Assembly: GCA_946965045.2 (NCBI GenBank)
Contig: OX337233.1
Span: 1,178,001 to 1,242,000 of the forward strand
DNA: 64,000 nt
Direction of reading: 5' to 3'
DNA from: Epithemia pelagica
Taxonomy: Eukaryota > Protista > Bacillariophyta
Shown: positions 1-10,249 of the stretch, piece after piece
How positions within the stretch are numbered: position 1 is the first letter of the stretch
How the letters are laid out: each line of letters opens with the position of its first letter
The notes under the pieces: model-generated
Databases searched by the model: none
What the model was told of the DNA's origin: nothing
What the model saw: only the letters and a program-made list of their open reading frames with translations
Made by a program: the position numbers and the translations under genes

Positions 1-2868
1 ATCGAGGCATACACTCCTAACCAGAATCTGGCTGAAGCCAATATTCGGGAACTAAAAAGGATGTATCGCCGTGAAATGAGAAGGACTAATTGTCCCTCAG
101 TCCTCTGGGATCACTGCCTTGAACTAATGGCAGCACGGAGATCTCACACAGTCTTGTCGACTAGTCCATTCAATACCGGTCCACCCCTAACTACATTGAC
201 AGGGGACACACCTGATATTTCTCACCTAGTGGAACATCGGTGGTACGACCCGGTTTGGTACTCCAATCCTGGGTTTGAAGGTCGAAAGTTGGGACGATGG
301 CTCGGACCTAGCCAAAGCGTCGGTCAAGCCATGAGCTCAAAAGTCCTAACTGACAAAGGGAAAATTATATACAGGACGTCGGTTTGGCCCCTGTCTTCGG
401 AGAAATCACACGATGAAACCTTCACAGCACAGCGTGAACAATTTGACGCTAATTTAAAAGCCGTATTGGGTGCAAGATTTGAAGGAATGCCGATAGAACA
501 AGGAGAACCCGATGAAGATGGCACGGATACTCCGTTTTACGACGCATATGAGGATGATGAACAGGAAGATGTTCGGAAGCCTGACCTAGACCAATACAAG
601 ACAGATTCCTATGACAAGCTCATTGCAGCGAAAGTCATGCTACCTTTGGGAGGATCATTGCGTCAGGGGCAAGTCAAGCGAAGGAAAAGAAATGCAGACG
701 GCAACCTCATTGGTCGACCTTCAACGAACCCTATCCTAGACACGACCATGTACGAGGTCGAATTTCAAGATGGTCACGTGGAGTCTTACGCGGCAAACCT
801 TATCGCGGAAAACATCTACGAACAACTTGACGAAGAGGGCAATAAGTATCGGCTCCTGAGCAGTATCGTTGATCACAAGAAAGATGCATCGGCTATCTCT
901 ATCTCAGATGGTACCTTCCATTGGAACGGGAGAGAGCATAAGAAAAGAACTACCAGAGGTTGGTCATTGTGTGTCGAATGGAAAGACGGGTCAACATCTT
1001 GGGAGAAGTTGCAAGATCTCAAGGAATCCAATCCCTTGGAAGTCGCGGAATATGCTGTAGCCAATCTTATAGACAAGGAGCCAGCATTTGCATGGTGGGT
1101 CGCTTTTGCTCTGAAGCGACGGGATCGGCTGATCAAGGCGGCCAAGTCGACTCGATATTTCCGCAAATCACAAAAATACGGTATCGAACTGCCCAAAACG
1201 GTAGAAAGGGCGTTGGAGATTGACCGAGAGACCGGTACTGATTTCTGGGCTAAGGCATTGCAACTAGAAATGTCAAAGATATTCCCAGCAGTAAAGATAC
1301 TGGATGAGGGAATGCCGCAGCCCGTTGGTCACAAAGTAATTCCCTGCCATATCGTCTTTGACGTAAAGATGGACTTTACGCGAAAGGCGAGATATGTTGC
1401 AGGTGGCCACAAGACAGGAGAGCCTGAAACACCGACCTATGCGAGCGTTGTTTCCAGGGAAAGTGTGAGAATTGGGTTCATGTTGGCGGCATTGAATGGA
1501 GTGGACGTGACGGCCGCAGATATAGCCGGGGCTTACCTCAATGCCCCATGTCACGAAAGGATTTGTACACTCTGCGGTCTCGAATTCGGAAAGGAATACG
1601 AAGGACGTTACGCAGTAATAACAAAGGCACTCTATGGCCTCAAAACCAGTGCATTCGCCTGGAGAGAGCACCTGTCCACAACTCTACAAGAATCGTTGGG
1701 ATTCAAGCCCTGCAAGGCTGACCCTGACGTGTATTTGCGACCAGCAAAGAAACAAGATGGTTCTTTATATTATGAACTCGTGTTCATTTATATTGACGAC
1801 GTACTCGTAATCTCGCACAGGGGACGTGAAATCCTCAACATGCTTGACCAGCATTATCTATTGAAACCGGACTCAATAGGTCCACCCAAGATTTACCTTG
1901 GAAACGAAATTCAGACTTTTGACATCGACAACGACGTATCTAAACGGTGTTGGGCATTGAGCTCAAAGAAATATGCCAGTGAAGCCATCCGTAATGTAAA
2001 GATTTGGCTGGAGGAAAGAGACATGATGCTCAAAACAAGAGTAGCAGGAGTACTCCCATCTGGATACAGACCCGAATTGGACACGTCGTCCTACTGTGAC
2101 CAAGAATGGCAATCTTTCTTTCAACAACAGATTGGAGTCCTCCGATGGCTAGTGGAACTCGGAAGGATTGATATAACAACAGAGGTCTCAATGTTGGCTG
2201 CTTACTTGGCTGGTCCAAGGGAAGGACATGTACATGCTCTCCTTCATGTTTTCGCTTACATCAATCAATATGACAGGTCAAGATTGGTGTTGGATCCATC
2301 ATATATTGTCCATGGGGAGGAGCCGTTGGCAGATTGGTCCGGGTTCTATCCCGATGCAAAGGAAGAAATTCCACCCGATGCACCTGAACCATTGGGTAAA
2401 CCGGTGCAAATCACTGTCTTCGTTGATTCTGATCACGCGGGTGATTTGGTGACTCGTCGTTCTAGGACGGGAGTCTTGGTCTTCTTAAATCGTTCGCCAG
2501 TAAATTGGTATTCAAAGAAGCAGACAAGTGTCGAGACTTCGACGTTTGGTTCTGAGTTCATGGCCCTGAAAGTGGGTATCAAGATGACCAAGGGTTTGAG
2601 ATACAAATTGAGAATGTTGGGTGTGCCTCTGGACGGTCATGCACACATCAGAGTTGACAATATGTCAGTGGTACAGAACAGTACCAGACCAGAATCCATT
2701 CTCCGCAAGAAATCGAATGCAATCGCCTATCATTTCGTAAGAGAAAATGTCGCAAACGGAGTATGTCGAATTGCATATGAGCCATCAAAGTCAAATCTTG
2801 CCGATCTCTTGACTAAAGTTCAGACCGGCACAGAAAGGAAGCGACTAGCGGAGATGATTTTGTACTAA
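1..2868 (+). CDS. pol: Copia Pol C-terminal part (integrase C-terminus, chromodomain-like module, RT, RNase H); 5'-partial
   Basis: Motifs NLAEANIRE (IN catalytic E), RKARYVAGGH, ADIAGAYLNA, KALYGLK, YIDD, FVDSDHAG, ETSTFGSEF, NLADLLTK. No stops in frame +1. Confidence 0.95.
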   Translation: MEAYTPNQNLAEANIRELKRMYRREMRRTNCPSVLWDHCLELMAARRSHTVLSTSPFNTGPPLTTLTGDTPDISHLVEHRWYDPVWYSNPGFEGRKLGRWLGPSQSVGQAMSSKVLTDKGKIIYRTSVWPLSSEKSHDETFTAQREQFDANLKAVLGARFEGMPIEQGEPDEDGTDTPFYDAYEDDEQEDVRKPDLDQYKTDSYDKLIAAKVMLPLGGSLRQGQVKRRKRNADGNLIGRPSTNPILDTTMYEVEFQDGHVESYAANLIAENIYEQLDEEGNKYRLLSSIVDHKKDASAISISDGTFHWNGREHKKRTTRGWSLCVEWKDGSTSWEKLQDLKESNPLEVAEYAVANLIDKEPAFAWWVAFALKRRDRLIKAAKSTRYFRKSQKYGIELPKTVERALEIDRETGTDFWAKALQLEMSKIFPAVKILDEGMPQPVGHKVIPCHIVFDVKMDFTRKARYVAGGHKTGEPETPTYASVVSRESVRIGFMLAALNGVDVTAADIAGAYLNAPCHERICTLCGLEFGKEYEGRYAVITKALYGLKTSAFAWREHLSTTLQESLGFKPCKADPDVYLRPAKKQDGSLYYELVFIYIDDVLVISHRGREILNMLDQHYLLKPDSIGPPKIYLGNEIQTFDIDNDVSKRCWALSSKKYASEAIRNVKIWLEERDMMLKTRVAGVLPSGYRPELDTSSYCDQEWQSFFQQQIGVLRWLVELGRIDITTEVSMLAAYLAGPREGHVHALLHVFAYINQYDRSRLVLDPSYIVHGEEPLADWSGFYPDAKEEIPPDAPEPLGKPVQITVFVDSDHAGDLVTRRSRTGVLVFLNRSPVNWYSKKQTSVETSTFGSEFMALKVGIKMTKGLRYKLRMLGVPLDGHAHIRVDNMSVVQNSTRPESILRKKSNAIAYHFVRENVANGVCRIAYEPSKSNLADLLTKVQTGTERKRLAEMILY

Positions 2869-3018
2869 GTGCGTTTCCCACTGTTGGAAAACAGGTTTGG
2901 GTACGTCCTGCAGTCAGATGATGAACTGATCTTTAAGCAGGTCCAGTTGGAATGGATAGAAGGAGTAGAAGAAAGTGCATGATTACGATAGTTGGGAACT
3001 ATCGAATCACGAGGGGAC

Positions 3019-3131
3019 CGAGAAAGGGTCGCGTTTATGAGCGAAAGTTTAGCGATAGATAGCTCCTCTAAGTTGGAGGTGCCTATTAGTCACTCTTTAT
3101 GTTTTTGTATCATCCACACCACGCTATTTTG
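3019..3131 (+). repeat. Putative 3' LTR of element 1 (~113 bp)
   Basis: Starts CGAGAAAGG directly after the PPT and ends CACACCACGCTATTTTG, mirroring element 2 (CAAGAAAGG...CACACGCGTAATTTG). The partner LTR is outside the window, so boundaries are inferred. Confidence 0.65.
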
Positions 3132-3767
3132 AAACGACAACCAAAGAGTACGAGCTCGTACTAGTCCTAGTACGAATACACGAGTAATGGCGACAATTTG
3201 AACCAGAGACCAACAACATTTCTGACCATGACAATGGTAGGGAAGCCCCTCTAGGTATTGCCCCTGTCAAGTAAAAAGTTTCCATTATCGAAATGACATC
3301 GAGCTGTATAATACGAGTACGCGTATAGGTATAGGGATGATCAAAGATGGTAGACCCTCCTCGCATACTAGTAGACACTACAATAAAAAAGTTGCACAAA
3401 CTAACTAAATTTTATACTCTTCTTACGGTGGATGTGGATGCGATAGTTCGGCTTCGATAAAAGACCAGCCCTGATGACTGATGACTGAGAGGACGCTGAC
3501 AAGAGCTGACACTGACAACTGACAAGTACCTACCTACTCGTACTCCTAGTAAAATACGTCGAAGTCGAAATCACTTCACATGAGCTATCGTAGGCTACGC
3601 CTGACCACATTCGATAATTCTTTGTTGTCCTCACTGCCTAATGGAAACGTCATGTCCCTATTGCCCCAGAGGTGAGTGGTGGTAGAGCAATGAATCCTAA
3701 ATCCTAAACAATTGCCTGGAAGTTCTAGTACTCTAGTACCACCACTCACCTCTTGGGCAAGTACGAG

Positions 3768-3879
3768 CAAGAAAGGCGACTGATATTAAGCGAGTTTTGG
3801 GCGAGTAGCTAACCCATAAGGGACGCGTAGCTTAATGCTCACTATTTTAGTTTTCACTTGGTATCACACGCGTAATTTG
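3768..3879 (+). repeat. 5' LTR of element 2
   Basis: Matches 10138-10249 at 111/112 positions (A3818 vs G10188). Confidence 0.95.
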
Positions 3880-3893
3880 GTTTATCAGACCCA
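3880..3893 (+). promoter_or_regulatory. Primer-binding site, probably half-tRNA type
   Basis: Abuts the 5' LTR. Its reverse complement TGGGT-CTGATAA-AC reads as an anticodon stem-loop. Confidence 0.55.
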
Positions 3894-4323
3894 AATGCAT
3901 CAACCGATGAAGGAGATGTCACACCACCATGGCCTGGGAAGGTCGCGAAATATCTAGATCATTCGCTTGGAAGAATGACTGCCCTAGGTTGGATACCTGT
4001 ACTCCCTTTCATCTCACTAATATCTCGCCTGCAACGGGGCTCGAGATGGATGATTGTGGTGTGTGGTCAGCGTATGCGCACACACCGGGCAATGGCGGAC
4101 GCGCCGCACATCCTGCCGTTGAAGGATGCCGCTATACGGACATGTTCATTACTTAAATGGCGTGCGCCGTCCTAGCACCTTATGCAAGCACTCCAACTCC
4201 GATTCTACCGCTCGCTCGCAAGTAGAATTCAGACCATGAAGTGAAAATCCCCCCAAAACAAATGAAGCTCACTTCGCTGGAAAGTCCGAACAAGTCCGAA
4301 AAAGAAGAAGAACACTCGCAACC

Positions 4324-5739
4324 ATGGCAGCACCGAATCCTATGCAACTACTGAACGTGTACTTGGATGTCGTCTTGCAGATTAACGATCCAGCAGTTCG
4401 TACTGCTCTCAATGGTCAAGGCCTAACCTCCGTCTACGACTTTGAAGCCCTCAGCGAGGCAGACGTCGCCGAAATTTGTACCAACGCTCGTAAACCTGGT
4501 GGCCTCATCCCCAACCCTGATCCGGCTGGAGTACCAGCAATGATAGCTAATCCAGGAGTTCTCATCGGGCACCTGGTTGAAAAGAAACTCAAGATGCTTC
4601 GTTACTACATTGTTCACATTGGGAAAATCAATCGCACTTTCGCTGCAGTTCCACCTACGATGAATGACTTGACCCTGTTGTATCGGATCAAAGAAGCTGA
4701 AGACGAGTATGACAACGAAGTTGAACTACCTGGGAAACTCAGCAGTGTTGATAATATTCGAGTCGTTCTTGAAGATTTGGATAACTATTTGGAACGCAAG
4801 CGTGGAGCAACTGGAATTCCCCTTGCTGCCTATGTGAGAGAAAACCCCGACGTCCAACCGGAAACCACAGATCCAAATGGGTTTGGCACCCCAACCATTT
4901 TAGCCGAAATGATTCGGCGCGCATCGCACCAAGGCCCTACAGCAACCACTGACATGGTTGCCGTATGGGAAGTAATTTGGCACATTACTCATGACGGTCC
5001 TGGCTGGGGATGGGTGATGTCCTTCGCCCGTACCCGCAATGGACGTGCTGCATACTTGGCCCTTAAGACGCACTACCTAGGTGACGTCTTTCAGTCTCGT
5101 CTCCGGGCCAAAGCCGATCAGATCTTGGAAAGCACCTACTTCGACGGTTCCAAGCGCAACTTCACATATGAACGATATATCAAAACATTGAAACGTGCCT
5201 TTACGGATCTCGAATCCACAGGCGAAAACGTCAGTGAGGAAAGAAAAGTTAGAATCTTGATGACTGGTACCTCAGATTCTCGGCTTGACAGCGCTAAGAA
5301 TCAAATCTTGGCGACGCCATTCTTGCGTTCAACCGTCGAGAACGCATCTAATTTCCTTGCAGAAGTATTGGACAGCAAGGTATCCTACAGCCCAGCAAGT
5401 AGGAAACAAGCAAGAATCTCTGGAGTATCGACTTCTACACTGAATAAAGGAAGTGGAAAGAAGAATGAAAATAAGAAAGAGAGAGAAGTCACTGATTGCT
5501 ATTATAAACCCAATGAATGGGCTAAGTTAAGCGGAGAAGAGCGTCAAAGGGTACGAGACGCAAGAGAGAAGCGTGACAAGAGGCGTGGAGTTGGAGCAAT
5601 CTCGAGCAAATCCAACAAGAAACCGCGTACAAATGGAGACGAAACACCCGACATTTCGGATGAATCGTCTGATGGTCATGATAACGACACAAAGGGTGTC
5701 GGCGCTATCATGAGCCAACGTAAGAAGAGAAGCGTTTGA
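4324..5739 (+). CDS. gag: Gag-like protein of element 2
   Basis: 471-aa ORF between PBS and protease. Contains PLAAYVR, GRAAYLAL and YYKPNEWAKLS..ERQRV segments typical of diatom copia Gag; basic C-terminus. Confidence 0.85.
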   Translation: MAAPNPMQLLNVYLDVVLQINDPAVRTALNGQGLTSVYDFEALSEADVAEICTNARKPGGLIPNPDPAGVPAMIANPGVLIGHLVEKKLKMLRYYIVHIGKINRTFAAVPPTMNDLTLLYRIKEAEDEYDNEVELPGKLSSVDNIRVVLEDLDNYLERKRGATGIPLAAYVRENPDVQPETTDPNGFGTPTILAEMIRRASHQGPTATTDMVAVWEVIWHITHDGPGWGWVMSFARTRNGRAAYLALKTHYLGDVFQSRLRAKADQILESTYFDGSKRNFTYERYIKTLKRAFTDLESTGENVSEERKVRILMTGTSDSRLDSAKNQILATPFLRSTVENASNFLAEVLDSKVSYSPASRKQARISGVSTSTLNKGSGKKNENKKEREVTDCYYKPNEWAKLSGEERQRVRDAREKRDKRRGVGAISSKSNKKPRTNGDETPDISDESSDGHDNDTKGVGAIMSQRKKRSV

Positions 5740-8700
5740 CACAATGTGATGTCTGCAACAACTTCTCGTGAGATTTCGGTTCCCCTAATCCGGTGTGAGC
5801 TCGACAGTCATGCCGACACTTGCTGTCTGGGCAACTGTTACGTTCTGTATCAGACTGATACGGCTGATGTCAGTGGTTTTGTTGAGAGTCTGGGTAAGAT
5901 TAAAGAGGCCGGCGTCATTACTGGTGTTTTGGCATATGATGATCCAGAGACTGGCCAAACGTTCCTCCTTTATTTCCACCAAGCTCTACACTTGCCGCAA
6001 TTAAAAGACAAGTGCCTCCTTAATCTGAATCAAATGCGGGAGGCCAGGATTGAAGTCAATGATATTCCTTTGAAGTACTTGAAACCAGGGGACCGAAATG
6101 AAAGATCCCACAGCATCATTGCAAGGGATACAGAAATGGGAGAATTGCGAATCCCTCTCGACCTAATCGGCGTCTTAAGCCAATTCCGCACACGTAAACC
6201 CACGAAAGAGGAGATTGATTCAATCGATCCTTCGTGTCGTATTGACATGACGAATGAACGACCCGAGTGGCAACCGAATGACTCAACACCAGATGTTGAT
6301 GAAAGAACACTCAGGGAATCGATACAGACGAACGTAGTAAATGCAACACGTGAGCGGACGATCAATCTCGCAATGACCAAGACTCTCCGAGTCAACAATC
6401 GCGCCATCCATGTCCACGTCTCAGACATTGGACATAGGCGAAAGGGGACAGTACGTCCGAATGAATTGGCACAACGATGGAATATTGGACTCCCCAGTGC
6501 AGAACGGACGTTCAATCAGACGACACAACTTGGTGTCCGTGAATTCACCAATCGAGGCGGCAGTCGACGTTTGAAACATACCGCATACCAATTGCGACAT
6601 CGTCGATTACGAGCAGACGTGTACACTGACACTCTGTTCTCAGAAACTAAGTCTCTTGATCAAAATACATGCGGGCAAATATTCGCTACGGACTTTGGTT
6701 GGGTGCATTTTTTCCCTATGAGAAAGAAAAGTGAAGCACTGACAACATTGCCAGCCGTCTTTGACAGCTATGGCATCTTCAACCATATTATTCCAGACAA
6801 GAACTAACCTCTCAAGAATTTCGGAGGGTAGCCCACAAGTACGGGTGCCGGATAAAACCAGTGGAAGCATGGACGCCCAACCAAAACCTGGCTGAGGCCA
6901 ATATTAGAGAATTAAAGCGCCTCTACCGCAGAGAAATGAGACGCAGCAATGCGCCAGCAGTACTCTGGGACCACTGTCTCATGCTGATGGCGGAGCAACG
7001 CTCCCATACGAGCTTTGGAAGTAATGTCAACGGTCCGCCCATTCAGCAACTCACTGGAGATACTCCAGTGATTTCCCATTTGGTGGAGCATCGATGGTTC
7101 GATTTTGTGTGGTATAGTAACCCTGGTTTTGAGGGTCGTAAACTCGGACGCTGGTTGGGTCCAAGTCATACGGTGGGCCAGGCAATGTGCGCAAAAGTCC
7201 TGACCGAAAAGGGCAAGATTGTGCATCGCACCTCTGTCTGGCCAATCAACAGAGATCTACAAATGGATGATGCTCACAAAGCACAACAAACCACATATAT
7301 GGAAAATTTAGAAGCGGCCCTTGGTGACAGAATGGCGGGTGTTCTGATCGATGCAGATGATGAACATGATGCGGATACACCCACGTTCGAAGCTTATGAA
7401 GACGACGAGCAGCCGGACGTTCGCATGCCGGAAGCAGATGATTATGCACCAGATGCATACGATAAACTCATCTCTGCAAAAGTCATGTTGCCCCTAGGCG
7501 ATGATCAACGAAAGGGGACTGTTCGGAGACGGAAATGAGACACAGAAGGTCGAGTCCTTGGACACGCATCGTCCAATCCATACTTGGACACAACACTTTA
7601 CGAAGTCGAATTCGATGATGGCCATGTGCAATCCTATGCTGCCAACATTATAGCTGAAAATATTTACGAACAGCTCGATGATGAGGGCAATCTATATCGA
7701 ATGGTCGAAGAGATTACTGATCACAAGTCTGATAAAACGGCTGTTCCTCTCTCAGAGGGAGAATTCGAATTGAATGGTCCCAAGCATAAGAAGAAGACCA
7801 CTAGAGGATGGTCCTTGTGCGTGCAATGGAAAGATGGCTCTTCAAGTTGGGAAGCCTTGAAGGATCTCAAGGAGTCGTATCCAATTGAAGTCGCTGAGTA
7901 TGCGGTTGCGAACAAGATCGAGAAACAGCCTGCATTCGCATGGTGGGTACCATTCACCCTCCGAAGGAGAACGAGGCTGATCAAAGCCGCAAAGATGACA
8001 AGATATATGCGTCAATCCCAAAAATATGGCATTGAGGTCCCCAAAACAGTAGAACGAGCGCTCCAAATTGATCGTGAAACTGGCACAGACTACTATTGGC
8101 GAAAAGCTTTGAAACTGGAGATGTCGAAGATTTTTCCTGCTGTCAATATCTTGGACGACGGCGTAAATGAACCAGTGGGGTATCAGGTAATCCCTTGTCA
8201 CATCGTCTTCGATGTCAAGATGGATTTTACCCGAAAGGCCAGATATGTGGCCGGAGAACACAAAACGGAAGAGCCTGAGGCGCCCACATACGCAAGCGTA
8301 GTCAGTCGTGAAAGTGTGCGCATTGGATTTATGCTAGCGGCTCTAAATGGATTGGAGATTCAAGCGGCTGATATTGCTGGTGCATACCTTAATGCTCCAT
8401 GCCCTGAAAAGGTCTGCACAAGGTGTGGTTTAGAATTCGGCACCGAGTACCAAGGTCGGATTGCGATTATAACAAAGGCACTCTACGGCCTAAAGACTAG
8501 CGCCTACGCCTGGCGTGATCTCCTGTCCACTACCCTACAAGAAGACTTGGGCTATTTCCCATGCCGTGCTGATAGCGGCTCTAAATGGATTGGAGATTCA
8601 AGCGGCTGATATTGCTGGTGCATACCTTAATGCTCCATGCCCTGAAAAGGTCTGCACCAGGTGTGGTTTAGAATTCGGCACCGAGTACCAAGGTCGGATT

Positions 8701-9957
8701 GCGATTATAACAAAGGCACTCTACGGCCTAAAGACTAGCGCCTACGCCTGGCGTGATCTCCTGTCCACTACCCTACAAGAAGACTTGGGCTATTTCCCAT
8801 GCCGTGCTGATCCTGACTGTTATTTGAGGAAAGCGACGAAAGGCAATGGAGAGCGTTATTATGAAATGCTATTCGTCTATACCGACGATATATTGGTCAT
8901 CTCTCACAAACCAAAGGAGTCGCTCACAATGCTGGATCACCATTACTTACTGAAACCGGATTCAATTGGTGTTCCGAAGTATTATTTGGGATCCCAAGGA
9001 CAAACATTTGACATCAATAACGACGCTTCACAGCGATGTTGGGCGTTGAGTTCAGAGAAATATGCAAAAGCTGCCATAAAGAATGTTGTATCATGGCTGG
9101 AAGACCGAGATCGCAAACTGAAAACACGAGCTCCAAGTGTCTTGCCCAGTGGATATCGTCCTGAGTTGGACACAACCCCATATTGTGATCCGGAATTAAT
9201 GTCGTTCTGCCAACAGCAGATGGGCGTACTCCGTTGGCTAGTTGAATTGGGACGTATTGACATCGCTGCAGAGGTTTCAATGTTGGCTGGATTTTTAGCC
9301 GGCCCCAGAGAAGGTCATGTGAAGGCAATGCTGCACCTCTTTGCATACCTCAAGCTACATGAGCGTTCACGGCTGATCATGGACCCTTCGTATATTGAAC
9401 TTGGTGATAAACCGACAAGCGACTGGTCAGGCTTCTATCCTGGAGCCACGGAAGAAGTACCTCCAGATGCACCCGAACCTTTAGGCAAGGCTGTCCAGAT
9501 GACGGTCTTTGTCGACTCTGACCATGCAGGTGACCTCTTGACACGACGGTCCAGAACAGGAGTGCTGATCTATTTGAATAGAGCACCGATCTCATGGTAC
9601 AGCAAGAAGCAAACCAGTGTCGAAACTTCGACTTTTGGTTCTGAATTTATGGCTCTCAAGGTTGGTGTGGAGATGCTTAAAGGATTACGGTACAAATTGA
9701 GAATGATGGGCATTCCATTGGATGGACATGCACACGTGAGAGTAGACAACATGTCGGTCGTCTACAACAGTTCCTTACGAGAATCGACATTACGCAAGAA
9801 ATCCAATTCAGTTGCGTATCATTTTGTACGTGAAAACGTTGCCAATGGGACATGCAAGATTGCGTTTGAGCCTTCCAAGACGAATCTAGTGGACTTGCTT
9901 ACTAAGATTCAGACTGGTCCGGAACGAACAAGGTTGGCACAATTGATTCTGTTCTAA
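5740..9957 (+). pseudogene. pol: Disrupted Pol (PR-IN-RT-RNase H) of element 2
   Basis: Motifs CELDSHADT (protease), DTLFS/IIPD/NLAE (IN DDE), YTDD (RT), FVDSDHAG (RH). Lesions: frameshift at ~6800, in-frame TGA at 7536-7538, and a 238-bp duplication. Confidence 0.92.
8336..8811 (+). repeat. 238-bp internal tandem duplication in RT
   Basis: 8336-8573 is repeated at 8574-8811 with one mismatch (A8420/C8658). Confidence 0.95.
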
Positions 9958-10129
9958 TGCAACCCCGGAGTACGTTTCCCGCCCGACCAAGGGGACTGGG
10001 TACGTCCTGCACGCCATACAGGGGCGCTCAAAAGCAGGTGTGGAGGAGATGGAAGAAGATATATGTTGATGTGATAGTCTGAAGTTGGCAAAATGTGACT
10101 ATATCGTGATGGTCCGACATAGCAATTGT

Positions 10130-10137
10130 GAGGGGAC
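10130..10137 (+). promoter_or_regulatory. Polypurine tract of element 2
   Basis: GAGGGGAC directly before the 3' LTR; identical to 3011-3018 in element 1. Confidence 0.8.
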
Positions 10138-10249
10138 CAAGAAAGGCGACTGATATTAAGCGAGTTTTGGGCGAGTAGCTAACCCATGAGGGACGCGTAG
10201 CTTAATGCTCACTATTTTAGTTTTCACTTGGTATCACACGCGTAATTTG
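10138..10249 (+). repeat. 3' LTR of element 2
   Basis: Direct repeat of 3768-3879, followed by TSD CGAG. Confidence 0.95.

Larger units (their letters stand above)
1..3131 (+). mobile_element. Ty1/copia (CoDi-like) LTR retrotransposon, element 1; 5' part lies outside the window
   Basis: Open frame from base 1 to the stop at 2868 with copia order IN-RT-RNaseH. Purine tract GAGGGGAC at 3011-3018 is followed by a sequence analogous to the LTR of element 2. Confidence 0.93.
3768..10249 (+). mobile_element. Full-length but decayed Ty1/copia (CoDi-like) LTR retrotransposon, element 2 (6482 bp)
   Basis: Two 112-bp LTRs, TSD CGAG (3764-3767 and 10250-10253), PBS, gag, PR-IN-RT-RH and PPT. Confidence 0.96.

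Noticed and set aside
2915-2955. SECIS-like ATGA...AA...GA pattern in the element-1 3'UTR
   Set aside because: The stem is too short (~9 bp), the pattern is absent from element 2 (the copy with the in-frame UGA), and it conflicts with the better-supported covarying hairpin B.
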